Below, piece by piece: positions 8,742-20,277 of a stretch of 64,000 bases of DNA. Source of the DNA: Yuukianura sp. NJ FZ-2021 (taxonomy: Eukaryota); NCBI GenBank assembly GCA_046563655.1, contig CM102287.1:2108001-2172000 (forward strand), written 5' to 3'. The notes under the pieces are model-generated. The model made no database searches, was not told the DNA's origin, and was given only the letters and a program-made list of their open reading frames with translations. A program made the translations under genes and the position numbers. The first letter of the stretch is position 1. Every line of letters begins with the position of its first letter.

Positions 8742-11700
8742 AATCTTACGAATATTCTTTTATATTAGGCACCAACGGTGGCCTAATCAGAATTAACGGT
8801 CTAATTAATAACCTTCCAGCTCAAATTATAATTGATACTGGGAGTACAGTATCCTTAGTACACCCACGATTTATTCAAGACAAAAACTTACTTAAATTTA
8901 ATATGAACTTAGTAGGTATAGGTCCAGGGAAAGTTTCCGTTACTCACTGGGCAAGAATTCGAATTCAAATTAATAAAATGAGTATTTATTTTAACGTTTA
9001 CGTAGTACCGAGTTTAATGTTTGACTTACTGTTAGGGTTAGATTTTTGTAAGTTCCAAAAGATTTCTCTCAATGTTTCCGAAGAGAAAGTTTCCTGGCAA
9101 GGAATTGATTTAGAAATTGAACCAATAAGTTTAAATAACTTTTTACATAACGATGATAATTCAAAACAATTAAAACAACGAATATTGAATAAAAAGGTAT
9201 TATTATGTCAAATTAAAAATAGAAATCAAAATTTAATAATTCAAAGGAAGAATGAACCCATTCAGGCAGAAATGGAAGGGCACAAGCTGTCAGAACAAAA
9301 TAAACTTATTAATCAAGAAATAATAATTCAAAGGAAAAATGAACCCATTCAGGCAGAAATGGAAGGACACAAGCTGTCAGAAAATAATAAACTTATGAAT
9401 CGAAAAATAATAATTCAGAGGAAGAAAGAACCCATTCAGGCAGAAATGGAAGGACACAAGCTGTCAGAACAAAATAAACTTAAGAATGATCAACCCATTA
9501 CTTTGACAATGGAAGAACACACTGTGTTAAAAATAAACCAAGACATAAAAAATATGAAAAATAATAACGATTTTAATTTTAGGAACACAAGTAATGAATT
9601 AGATAACATTAAGTTACATAACGCGTTAGCATCAGAGCTCTCGTCTACACAACACCAGACACACAACCAGGATCCTTCTGTACATAATGTTAATAATTTC
9701 ATATTGCCGGCTAGGATAGTAAAATTAGTTAAAGTAAAGCTTAATGGCCACCTTAATGACTTGAATTATTTAGAAATTAGTGATGAATTAATTGAGTTAG
9801 GTATCTTAATGCCACCCATTTTGTTACGATCAATTTACTCGGATGAATTTTTGTTTCTTCCACTTATGAATATTCATGATTTCCCGATTACAATTTCAGC
9901 TAATACTAAAATTGCTAATATCAGTACTTTAGAAAATCTTCCAATTGAAGAAAACGTACTGAATATTGCTGAATGTCGTTCTGAAAATTCCAGTACACAA
10001 GTCGACAGTAATACATTCATTAATGATGAAACCCATGTTCAGACCATTTTAGCTAGAATTGCTTCGACAGCCTCATCCGAGGAAAAAACGTTGCTTGAAG
10101 AAATAATTCGAAAATATCAAGATGTTTTTGCTAGACCTGGAGAAATTGGTAAAATAAATTGCTACAAACATAAAATTACACTCATTCCAAATGCCTCTCC
10201 GGTTAAACGAGCTCCTTATAGGAAAGCTCCAGATCTTGAAAAATTTGAACGTGAAAAAATTCAGGAATTGTTAGAACAAGGAGTAATTAGACCATCATGC
10301 TCTCCTTGGGGAGCTGGGGTAGTTATAGTTAGGGATGGGCATAAGTCAGAACAAGAAAAAGAGCCACGATTTTGCATAGATTACCGTCCAGTGAATAAAG
10401 TTACAGTTAAAGATGCGTATCCATTACCAAACATTCAATCCATATTGGACTGGATCGCACCTAGAGCTAATAAAATATCAACCTTAGACGCACAAAAAGG
10501 GTACTGGGCAATATCAATGGATGAGGACAGCATACCTCTTACAGCTTTCATTACACAATCAGGCTTATTTGAATTTGTACGGCTTCCATTCGGTCTTTGT
10601 GGAGCGCCTGCGGCCTATTCCCGGGCACTTTCGATAATTTTGATGAATTACATTTGGACTAATTTAATTAACTATCTAGACGATATTATTTTTAGCAATT
10701 TAACAATTCAGGAACATGTAAAGGATTTAGAATTAGCATTTCAACGATTCAGAAAATATGGATTGAAAATAAATATTAAGAAAAGCCAATTTTTACGAGA
10801 AAAAATACGCATTTTAGGTTACATTGTTTCTAAAAATGGAATAGAAGTAGATCCTGAAAAAACAAAAGCAATTTCGGAGATTAAAACTCCATCTAATATA
10901 AAAGAAATCCAGCAGTTTCTTGGAGCTGTTTGTTTCTTTCGCCGTTTCATTTACCGTTATTCAGAACTTGCCAAACCGTTGACGATTTTGTTACATCAAG
11001 ATAAGAAATTTCATTGGGGTGAACAGCAAGAAAAATCTTTCCAACTTTTAAAAAATGCACTACTTACAGCCCCGGTATTAGCTCATTACGACCCTAATAA
11101 ACCAATCCATGTCGTTACGGATTCTAGTGGATACGGGTTAGGAGCGTCCTTACTGCAACCCGATGAACATGGGGTTGAAAGACCTGTTGCATTTTCTTCC
11201 CGTACTTTAAATAAAACTCAAATTAAATATTCTACCACAGATCGTGAATACTTAAGCATAATTCATGCATTACAGGTATTTCACCCTTATTTGGACTCTA
11301 AATTCTTTACAATTTTTACTGATCATCAACCCATTACTGGACTAAATTTTGCTAAAAATGAGTCTTCTTCCCGATTAGCCAGATATGCATTAATTTTGCA
11401 ACAATATGACTATAAACTTGTTTACCGTAAAGGAACGTTTAATAAATTAGCAGACTGTCTTTCACGTCTTCCCCTTCCTGACAAATTCGATGAAACAGAT
11501 ATAGAAGTACCAAGTTTTTTAATTTCTGAAGATCACTTACCCCAATTACAGTTAGCTGATTCCGATTGTATCCAAATTATAGAAAAAAATGTCTCAATCT
11601 GTATCAAAACCTAAATTTCAACTAAAAAATGGCATTCTGTACAATTGCAACTACGGATACCCACGTCTGGTGGTCCCTCGAGTACTCAGAAAAGAATTAC

Positions 11701-11843
11701 TACAATTAGTACACGAACAAACTCTTTCAGCACACTTGGGCTTTTCACGCTCCTTTGATAAACTTTCTTTGCGCTATTTTTGGCCGTCCATGGCTGCTGA
11801 TCTATCAAATTTTATTCAAGCTTGTAACTCGTGTTTAATTAAT
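8411..11843 (+). CDS. pol: Element A Pol: PR, RT, RNase H and integrase Zn domain; 1-nt frameshift near 11583-11590; split by B
   Basis: IIDTGS, NYLDD, TDSSGYGLGA, TDHQP; H-H-C-C motif in the 11589 frame; slippery A AAA AAC in the gag frame at 8411-8417. Confidence 0.92.
9235..9500 (+). repeat. Three in-frame 87-bp (29-aa) tandem repeats in A pol between PR and RT
   Basis: IIQRKNEPIQAEMEGHKLSEQNKL repeated three times. Confidence 0.9.
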
Positions 11844-12955
11844 TGTTATGGTCAGCATACTGGTTTCCGTGGACACTGACCGATCCACTGAAGCCAGACC
11901 ACTCGGTTGACCTTGTGACCTCTGGTGGGCTCAAACCGACCCACCGAGTCTCCACCTTTCTTCCAGAAGTTTCTGCTCCACTTCCAATGAATTGGAAGGG
12001 GACAGAAGTTTCTCGAAGAAGCAGAAGGGCAGGCTAATAAATTAGCCGTGTCCTTCAACCCAAAATTGTAACACCCGAACACAGAAGCCTGTGTTAAAAC
12101 AAAGGGACAAGCCTTCTGCTTGTCACGAGTCCTTCAGGCCTGGGATCCCTAAAAAAGGAATCTCAGCCCTGAACAAGGGGTCAGTTGTGACTTTGGCTTT
12201 TGGTGGTTACTTTGTCTAAGCGTACAATCTCAGAACCTTGAACGTACATTAAAAATACAACTTAGCAAGTACATTGGAGAGTGCAGAATTCGACAACTTT
12301 ATTTGCCACGACAGGGAAGTGAGATCATAGAACCAGTGAAAGTAGAGACGTGTGTGTGGAGAGTAGTTTCATTGAGTAAGAGATCTACATTGGTGCCTTC
12401 TCCGACTTGGACTTGGGCCGATCAACCACTTGATCCACAGAGAGAGCACATTAACCCAATCTCACCTTCCGACGGGACGGGAGTAGTGTACCTAGGGAGG
12501 AGGAGAGTGTGTACCCAGGAAACCAGACACAGCAGAAGTGACTAGGGTTGGTCGATCATTTTCCAGGTAGCCAATTTACATTGTCTCTTCATTTCCGCTT
12601 TCTATTCTGTCCATCCTCCTCTCTCTATTACTCCTCACTATTTCTGGAGATGAGACGGGAACAGCGCTCCACTTCTAGCAAATCGCTAGGAGTGGACGAC
12701 ACAGCTAACAAACCGTTAGTTGTGTCTCCAGCGACACTTCTGACCCTTGGCTAATCGCGGGGGTCATCGAGCCTCACCGGTCTTCACCATGAGGGGAGAT
12801 CTGCTTCAAGTCACAGAGGATGCCTACCTCGGATGATTCTGCTCACCTAGGTAGGTGGGTTCTAATTCGGCCGATCAGGCCAATTAGAACCCACGGTGGG
12901 GCACCTTGGGTGGGCCCATCGAGAGTTGGAGGTGTTAGGTGTTAGTAGCGTATCA
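11844..12955 (+). repeat. 5' LTR of element B (1112 bp)
   Basis: TGTTATGG...TATCA; direct repeat of 19167-20277. Confidence 0.96.
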
Positions 12956-14562
12956 GACTGGGGGCTCAGACGGGAAACAGCTGGTGACCTTTTCCTAAAC
13001 ACCAGCAAATGTCGTTCGTTACTTTCACTTTCACTTTCACTTCCACTCTCTCCTGCCTTCCAGTTCTTAACTGTGAGGAAAAAGCTCTGCTTTGCCTTCG
13101 TTCGAAATCACTTTCAATTCCGAACTGACAACGTCTGCTACTCAGTGGAGGTCACCCGGGGCGTTGCCCCTCGGATCCAGCTCCTCTTCACTCCATCGTC
13201 ACTCCGTGGCTCACGCAGGAAGGTTTGACCTGTTACTGGGCTATGGGGGGGGGATGCCAAGGTCAAGAGGAGCATTCCACCTCTTTCCAGTACAAACCTG
13301 CTGGAAGCGGTGGGTTGGTTTAAAATTCTGAAAAACAAAACTAAAATTCCCCTGGTGAATCCTGGAAATTCTGCAAATCTTTCACTGAATTCTTCTAAAT
13401 CTTCATCAAAATTCGGTAGAATCTGTTAGTTGCTTGTACCTGGAATCTATAAGGAAGAACAGGCGTCTAAGTTCAGCTCCACTTCTTCAGTTTTCGGGAA
13501 CACGTGACCCATTGTCCCACCGAGATCCCACATGGACGCATGGCGTGGTTAGTAGGGGGTGGCAGTGGAAAATTAGTCACTTATCTTTCTTTGGTTAGAT
13601 TTTTCTTTTTGTGTGACCTCTGGGGTCAATCCCACAACTCAAAAGTGGGAAACCTGATAACTTTCAAAAACTTTTCGGCCATTTATTTTTATTACTCTTT
13701 CGACACTCCAAATTATTGCCTAGCTAAATCTCTGCGTGAGATAAGGAGGATTTTAGGTTTCGAAAAACTGCTGTTATCTGCAACGCAGTTAACTTTTCAG
13801 TTATTATCAACGTTCTGTTTGAACTTTATGTAATCTTCGGATTTGGAGGTTTCAAAAACTGGAAGTTAAGCACGTCTCTGCAATTAAGATTAACTTGAAG
13901 ATCCGGCACGAGGAGGAAGAGATGGGTGGATCCTAGGTACCCCTCCTTTCTCATCCACCCTCACCTTAGTTTAATTGATGTTTTGCGAATCTGATTCGCA
14001 AGGTCAATCAAACTTTGAGTTCGCTCGGTCTTCATCTGCTTCTGTCTGATCTGTTGTCTGCTGTCTGGTGTCTGGATGGGAAGACTTTTGGTGAAGGCTG
14101 AAAAACGCTACCCTGGATTTTCAGAAATCCTGACGGTCAAGTCCAAATCTCATCATGTTCTGGTCTGATTCTGTTCTGTTCTGCAAACTGCTCTGCTCTG
14201 ATTCTGGTCTGATTCTGATTCTGCAAATGGACTTTGAGGAATGACGTTTGATCTGTCTTGAATCCGGGTAGATTCCTAGAAGCCAAGATCAACTGGAGAA
14301 CCCAAGTCTAAAATATTCTGCTTCTGTTCTGAACTTTGATTATTGTGGGGAAGCTTCTAGTGATTAGTTAGTTAATTACTGAAGCTGGAAAACTATAATT
14401 CAAATGGATTATTAATTCAACGGAGAAATAGATACCAGTATGTGCCTCGAACCGAATCCGCTAGGTTCCAAATTGGGAACGCGCTGAACTCTTACTTCCT
14501 AAATGCTTCTGGGGAGATCCGGGTTAATTAAGGATTAAAGAAGGCTGTACATTTTCCAGAAA

Positions 14563-15585
14563 ATGGCCCACGCAACCATGGATGACTTGACCTCAAGGCT
14601 CAAGAAAACCTTAGTTTCGCCAAGAGGCCACGAGTCGGAACTTGAAGAGTCTTCGTCGGAAGAACCGGAGAGCGATGGGTTGCAAGTTTATTCTGATGCT
14701 AGTCAGCGGGGCGCTGGCCAAACAGTTCAGTTTCCCACACGACCTAGCCATTCAGTTCCCTTCGGAGGTTTAAACAAGATGTCAGCTGTATCTCTTCCAC
14801 TCGCTCCTACCACTGGAACGCAGACCGACATGGGACCCAAAGTGGGCCCGTGCAAATCTGACTCTGTTTTCATGCCTCAATTTAAAGCAAATTCTGAAAT
14901 AAACTGGACTCCAGCAGCTAAGATTCAGTTCAGTCTTCCAGAGGTAGAGCCTCCTACTGGTTTGATGAACGAAACCAAATCTGCTTCTGTTCGAGGGAAT
15001 TCGGAGACCGACGGTGGCTTACGTCCTGTCCGCATCCCGATTCAACCGCAACGTTTCACTGGACATAGAGGATCGGATCCTCAGGCTTATTTGGAAAATT
15101 TCAATCGCATTAGCATCTGCAACGGCTGGAATGCACAGCATAAACTGATCTTCTTCCCACTCTACCTTTCTGGTTTCGCTGCTCGCTGGTATGCCGCTGC
15201 TACCATGGAGAGACAGAGACAAGGGAAGGCAGTCTGGACTTGGCAAGAGCTTGAAGCCCTGTTCAAACGTCACGCGAATTGTTCGGCATCCAAACCGGAT
15301 GACGAATGGCAATTGTTATCTAGAAAACAGAAACAGGGGGAAGCTTATCTCGACTACTTTATACACATGCAGAACCTTGCGGATAGAGTAAGTCCGGACA
15401 TGAGCGAATCCCTACGTGTGAAGTATACGCTGAGGGGTCTGGAACCAACCTTACGGCGTCAAATTGGCATGCATAACCCTGATACCATGGCGAAGCTTCG
15501 AACACTTTTGGAAATTGCTGAACGCAACGAGCAGTCAGACTCCGTTTTTGGTTCTCCCGATCTGTACTACGAAACAACCGATTAA
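14563..15585 (+). CDS. gag: Element B Gag capsid-like protein, no CCHC knuckle (340 aa)
   Basis: PQRFTG...DPQAYLENFNRISICNGW...LYLSGFAARWY...RKQKQGEAYLDY is a typical retrotransposon gag domain. Confidence 0.85.
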   Translation: MAHATMDDLTSRLKKTLVSPRGHESELEESSSEEPESDGLQVYSDASQRGAGQTVQFPTRPSHSVPFGGLNKMSAVSLPLAPTTGTQTDMGPKVGPCKSDSVFMPQFKANSEINWTPAAKIQFSLPEVEPPTGLMNETKSASVRGNSETDGGLRPVRIPIQPQRFTGHRGSDPQAYLENFNRISICNGWNAQHKLIFFPLYLSGFAARWYAAATMERQRQGKAVWTWQELEALFKRHANCSASKPDDEWQLLSRKQKQGEAYLDYFIHMQNLADRVSPDMSESLRVKYTLRGLEPTLRRQIGMHNPDTMAKLRTLLEIAERNEQSDSVFGSPDLYYETTD

Positions 15586-15806
15586 TCCATAGTTAACCGT
15601 GGCTCAGTGGTCTCCTACCCATAATCACTACGATTCTGGGAAGTAAAACTAATACCTTCTCAACTACACGATTATGTTCTTAATTAAATGATTAAGGATT
15701 AATAGAAATCACGTTAAACTTTGATACTTCAAATAGTCGAACAATTGGTTCCACGAATCGAACTGTTACCTAGTACCAGGTTAACATTTCTTCTCTGCTT
15801 TCCAGA

Positions 15807-18608
15807 ATGCACAACAATTTGTACCAACCTAACATTTCTGTGACTGAAGGCAGAGAGTTGAACTACAAGGTTTGGCAGCGAGAAGTAAAATGGCAAGGAC
15901 ACCAACTCACTCCACCGCTCAACTTCGACTCCATACCGGAGCCGGAGAAAATGCGGGCTTACAACATTTACCTTGAGTCGGTTCGACTCGGAACTCGCGT
16001 TAATGCCATGCTGGCCAACATGTTGCGGCAGAGGGACTTCGTCTTTGCGGCTCCAATTGAGCACCAGCTGAAGGGCGAAGAAATGCTCAACCGCGGTGGT
16101 CCACATTACCGCCACATCCAAACAAACCACATCAAATACACGAAAAAGTACAAGGCAACTCCGAGGGTGCGAGCACAGTTAAATCCACAACCACAACAAC
16201 GCCACCGAGGTCAACCCCGACAGTATCGGAATGATAATTATTCCGACAATGACAATGAGTACTATGCTCGTCACGCCTCACCAGAGGTTGAAGAATTACC
16301 AAACCGGCATTCTTCTCCTCGCAGCAAATCACGTGAACGATCCGAGGGCCCCAGGAGCGACTCCAGTCGGTACCACAATAGAAAATCTGACGATCGTGAT
16401 CGAAACTGTAATCCCCAGCGTTATCGCCGCCGGGACAACTCTCCAGACCGGAGGAAATACTCCAGCCCTCAGCGACATCTTCATCAAAGCGATAAAGAAA
16501 GCCGAAGTGACAACCGACATTCCAACTCCACACGCCATCACGTAGATCGTTCCGGTACTCGAACAGAGTATTGGACTGATTTTACCGCTCATTTTTCCAA
16601 AAGCAAGAAAGTCGATCGATTGGAGCAGCGCAAGCAGCACAAATCAGCAACACAGCTCCAAGTTTCCAGTGCTCAACCCGATCAGTGGACCGATGTGGGA
16701 GAAAAACATTCCTATTCACACCATCGATCAACAGCCCAACCGTCCACTCACCGCAAACCTAATTCCTTCTTCGGATACCGCTGTTTGTCTCCTCCTGCAG
16801 TACATTTCAAGACTGGAATTGATGGCCAAACCGGTCATTCTTCCATCAACTACCAGCCGGTATGGGAAACTCGGAACACGACAACTACCTACAAACAGTT
16901 CTGGACTAATTCCAAACCCACAACCGATGTGCGTTCAACAGAGATGGAGATCAACAGGAGTCCACTCCCAAACTACTCTCCGCCCAATCCCAACTCCCGT
17001 CCATTCCCAAAAGGTGGATTCATTAAACCGGAACTGGAGGATCGCTTTTCACGCCATAATCCTCTCCCAAATGATGTCAAAACATATGGCGGTTACGAGC
17101 GCGACACTTTTCGTAAGACCACCCAACGAGAGAATGCGTACTTCAGTACCCTACACCGACCCAAGTCTACGACAAGCCCATCGACAAACCCGCAAGATAT
17201 TTCAGGAAAAGTGACTGAAATTGATTGCACGATCCACAACGCTCCACCTTGGCACACCAATGGTATATCAAACCGACTACCATCGAAACTCTCACCTTCG
17301 GTAAACAGCCAGCAAAAGATTACTCAGCCAAATCAGCTCAGCCAACCGTCAAAATCCCTGTCTAATTTTGCTGGATTGTTACCTAAACCAAAATCCGTTG
17401 AACAGGACGCTCTTAGTTCTCCAACTGAATCAGTTGACGTACTTGCACAAACCGTGCAAGTACGAACGAAACACACAGGTCAACGCCCGCCAATCCCGGA
17501 AGTGGACGAACCGTCAACTCTAACTCGCCTCACCTCGTCCACACTTATAGAGAAACTGTACGCAAAAATCCAAAGTCTCGAGCAAAAATTTGAGGAGCAA
17601 AATCTTCACCTTCAAACATCTCCAAAACAAACTCCAATCACGAGTAACTCGGCTTCCGCCCAGCAATGCCAACGACAAAGACAGCAAAAATCATTTCCCC
17701 TACCCGTTCCACACAATTTCTTTTCAACGGAACCCCGGAAAGAGCTAGTTGTACAACTAAAGCAACTCACGGAGGAAGAGTGCAGTAACAGCAACACTAC
17801 TACGTCACCAAACGGAGGCCAAAAGTCTAACTCATCACTAGCTAATTTCAAAATTCCTCTTCTCTCCAAGCAGAAGGCTCCGGTCGTTCGCCGTTCCCGC
17901 GACCCATTTCCATCTCCGAGACGGACTAAAACCTCAGCTTTGTCAAAACAGCAGAAAACAGAGTCTTCCCCTGCATCCCAACGGGCGAACTCTTGGTCCA
18001 CACCGGATCGCAAGCGCTCTACTCATCACTCCCGAGAGACGTCACGATCAGAAGGCTCAAAACCGAGGCGTAGATCAAAATCGCCTCCTCAATGCTCCAC
18101 TTCACGTCCTAAACGTAGACCACAAAAGACGGAAAAGCGAACTATCAAAATTAAACTCCCATTCCCAACTATCGAATTCACACAAGACGATTTTCCACCA
18201 CTTCCCACCAAAACCATCACTATTCTCCACGACGCTCACCGTACCAGCTCCAAAGCAACAACAGCCTACCTCCGCCAGCTAAAGGGAAAGAAGCGTCCTC
18301 AACCAACTCCCGGGGCCCCACGAACCGTGAAGTCTCCACCACCTCAGGAACCGAGCATACCGCTCAAACCCCAACATCCGGACACCTCGGAAGCCACCGA
18401 TCCCATCCGCCCTGGAACACTACAGCATCCCACCAACCCAGCTCCAAAGTCCCCCGATATTCCAATCATCACCATTCCGCCAGGACTGATCTCCTCCGAC
18501 CTACCAAGTAACTTCAAAGAATATCTGCTTGATGCTACCGAAGAATACATCCATCTCAATGAAGTGGATCAAGAAGACGACGCAGTATCCACCAAACCGC
18601 GAGATTGA
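15807..18608 (+). CDS. Element B ORF2, 933-aa S/R/P/Q-rich, probably disordered protein
   Basis: Long uninterrupted ORF with no PR/RT/IN motifs; polypyrimidine-CAG acceptor (15804-15805) just before the ATG. Confidence 0.7.
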   Translation: MHNNLYQPNISVTEGRELNYKVWQREVKWQGHQLTPPLNFDSIPEPEKMRAYNIYLESVRLGTRVNAMLANMLRQRDFVFAAPIEHQLKGEEMLNRGGPHYRHIQTNHIKYTKKYKATPRVRAQLNPQPQQRHRGQPRQYRNDNYSDNDNEYYARHASPEVEELPNRHSSPRSKSRERSEGPRSDSSRYHNRKSDDRDRNCNPQRYRRRDNSPDRRKYSSPQRHLHQSDKESRSDNRHSNSTRHHVDRSGTRTEYWTDFTAHFSKSKKVDRLEQRKQHKSATQLQVSSAQPDQWTDVGEKHSYSHHRSTAQPSTHRKPNSFFGYRCLSPPAVHFKTGIDGQTGHSSINYQPVWETRNTTTTYKQFWTNSKPTTDVRSTEMEINRSPLPNYSPPNPNSRPFPKGGFIKPELEDRFSRHNPLPNDVKTYGGYERDTFRKTTQRENAYFSTLHRPKSTTSPSTNPQDISGKVTEIDCTIHNAPPWHTNGISNRLPSKLSPSVNSQQKITQPNQLSQPSKSLSNFAGLLPKPKSVEQDALSSPTESVDVLAQTVQVRTKHTGQRPPIPEVDEPSTLTRLTSSTLIEKLYAKIQSLEQKFEEQNLHLQTSPKQTPITSNSASAQQCQRQRQQKSFPLPVPHNFFSTEPRKELVVQLKQLTEEECSNSNTTTSPNGGQKSNSSLANFKIPLLSKQKAPVVRRSRDPFPSPRRTKTSALSKQQKTESSPASQRANSWSTPDRKRSTHHSRETSRSEGSKPRRRSKSPPQCSTSRPKRRPQKTEKRTIKIKLPFPTIEFTQDDFPPLPTKTITILHDAHRTSSKATTAYLRQLKGKKRPQPTPGAPRTVKSPPPQEPSIPLKPQHPDTSEATDPIRPGTLQHPTNPAPKSPDIPIITIPPGLISSDLPSNFKEYLLDATEEYIHLNEVDQEDDAVSTKPRD

Positions 18609-19166
18609 ACTACTTGACAACAAACTGTGAAGACTGACCAGCGTAGCGTTAAGTTTCTTTCCTGTTGAATTCATTAATTATCAACTACTTTTTTTCTTAT
18701 CTTTTCCATCTCATAGTTATTACATTAGCTAAAATACTAACCAAGTACCTCTAAGATAAACTAGTATCAACCATTACTGCATAGTTACCTCAAACAATCA
18801 ACAATCTTCAAATTTTATGAAGTTAACCTCTTTGCAACTATTTTACTAAATTCGAACTAATTTGCTACAACTTTTCTTATCTCAAACATAAAACACTCGT
18901 AATTAACTTTATTTTGTATAACAGTAATCACATCCCCTCTACGAAACTTGTTAACCCTCCAATTTAGTTTTACAAATTCTTATTAGATACCTTCGTAGTT
19001 TTAAGATAATATGATTTCACTAACTCCACTAACCCTGTAATATTACATTTACCTCACGTAAAATGCCAATGAATCAGTCACCACAAGCCAAATCAGTCTA
19101 CGCAGCTTTGCAACGCAATCACCGCTTAGAGCTGATGAGACATCAGCTTCCCGAGGGGGGGAGTGG

Positions 19167-20277
19167 TGTTATGGTCAGCATACTGGTTTCCGTGGACACT
19201 GACCGATCCACTGAAGCCAGACCACTCGGTTGACCTTGTGACCTCTGGTGGGCTCAAACCGACCCACCGAGTCTCCACCTTTCTTCCAGAAGTTTCTGCT
19301 CCACTTCCAATGAATTGGAAGGGGACAGAAGTTTCTCGAAGAAGCAGAAGGGCAGGCTAATAAATTAGCCGTGTCCTTCAACCCAAAATTGTAACACCCG
19401 AACACAGAAGCCTGTGTTAAAACAAAGGGACAAGTCTTCTGCTTGTCACCAGTCCTTTAGGCCTGAGATTCCTAAAAAAGGAATCTCAGCCCTGAACAAG
19501 GGGTCAGTTGTGACTTTGGCTTTTGGTGGCTACTTCGTCTAAGCATAGAACCTCAGAACTTTGACATACATTAAAAACACAAGTTAGCAAGTACATTGGA
19601 GAGTGCAGAATTCGACAACTTTATTTGCCACGACAGGGAAGTGAGATCATAGAACCAGTGAAAGTAGAGACGTGTGTGTGGAGAGTAGTTTCATTGAGTA
19701 AGAGATCTACATTGGTGCCTTCTCCGACTTGGACTTGGGCCGATCAACCACTTGATCCACAGAGAGAGCACATTAACCCAATCTCACCTTCCGACGGGAC
19801 GGGAGTAGTGTACCTAGGGAGGAGGAGAGTGTGTACCCAGGAAACCAGACACAGCAGAAGTGACTAGGGTTGGTCGATCATTTTCCAGGTAGCCAATTTA
19901 CATTGTCTCTTCATTTCCGCTTTCTATTCTGTCCATCCTCCTCTCTCTATTACTCCTCACTATTTCTGGAGATGAGACGGGAACAGCGCTCCTCTTCTAG
20001 CAAATCGCTAGGAGTGGACGACACAGCTAACAAACCGTTAGTTGTGTCTCCAGCGATACTTCTGACCCTTGGCTAACCGCGGGGGTCATCGAGCATCATC
20101 GGTCTTCGCCATGAGGGGAGATCTGCTTCAAGTCACAAAGGATGCCTACCTCGGGTGATTCTGCTCACCTAGGTAGGTGGGTTCTATTCGGCCGATCAGG
20201 TCAATTAGAACCCACGGTGGGGCACCTTCGGGTGGGCCCACTGAGAGTTGGAGGTGTTAGGTGTTAGTAGCGTATCA
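19167..20277 (+). repeat. 3' LTR of element B
   Basis: Direct repeat of 11844-12955, preceded by a PPT. Confidence 0.96.

Larger units (their letters stand above)
11844..20277 (+). mobile_element. Non-autonomous LTR element B (gag plus a large disordered ORF, no pol)
   Basis: 1.1-kb LTRs, 4-bp TSD TAAT (11840-11843 and 20278-20281), PBS TGGGGGCTC (tRNA-Pro-like), PPT at 19153-19163; removal restores A integrase CNSCLIN-KVSHEK in frame. Confidence 0.95.

Noticed and set aside
11843..13338. Short ORFs in the B LTRs and leader, duplicated at 19163-20076
   Set aside because: Mostly non-ATG starts, no motifs; the duplication only reflects the LTRs
19130..19150. CTGATGAG as a hammerhead ribozyme core
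   Set aside because: It is sequestered in a simple hairpin and I found no matching GAAA and three-stem architecture
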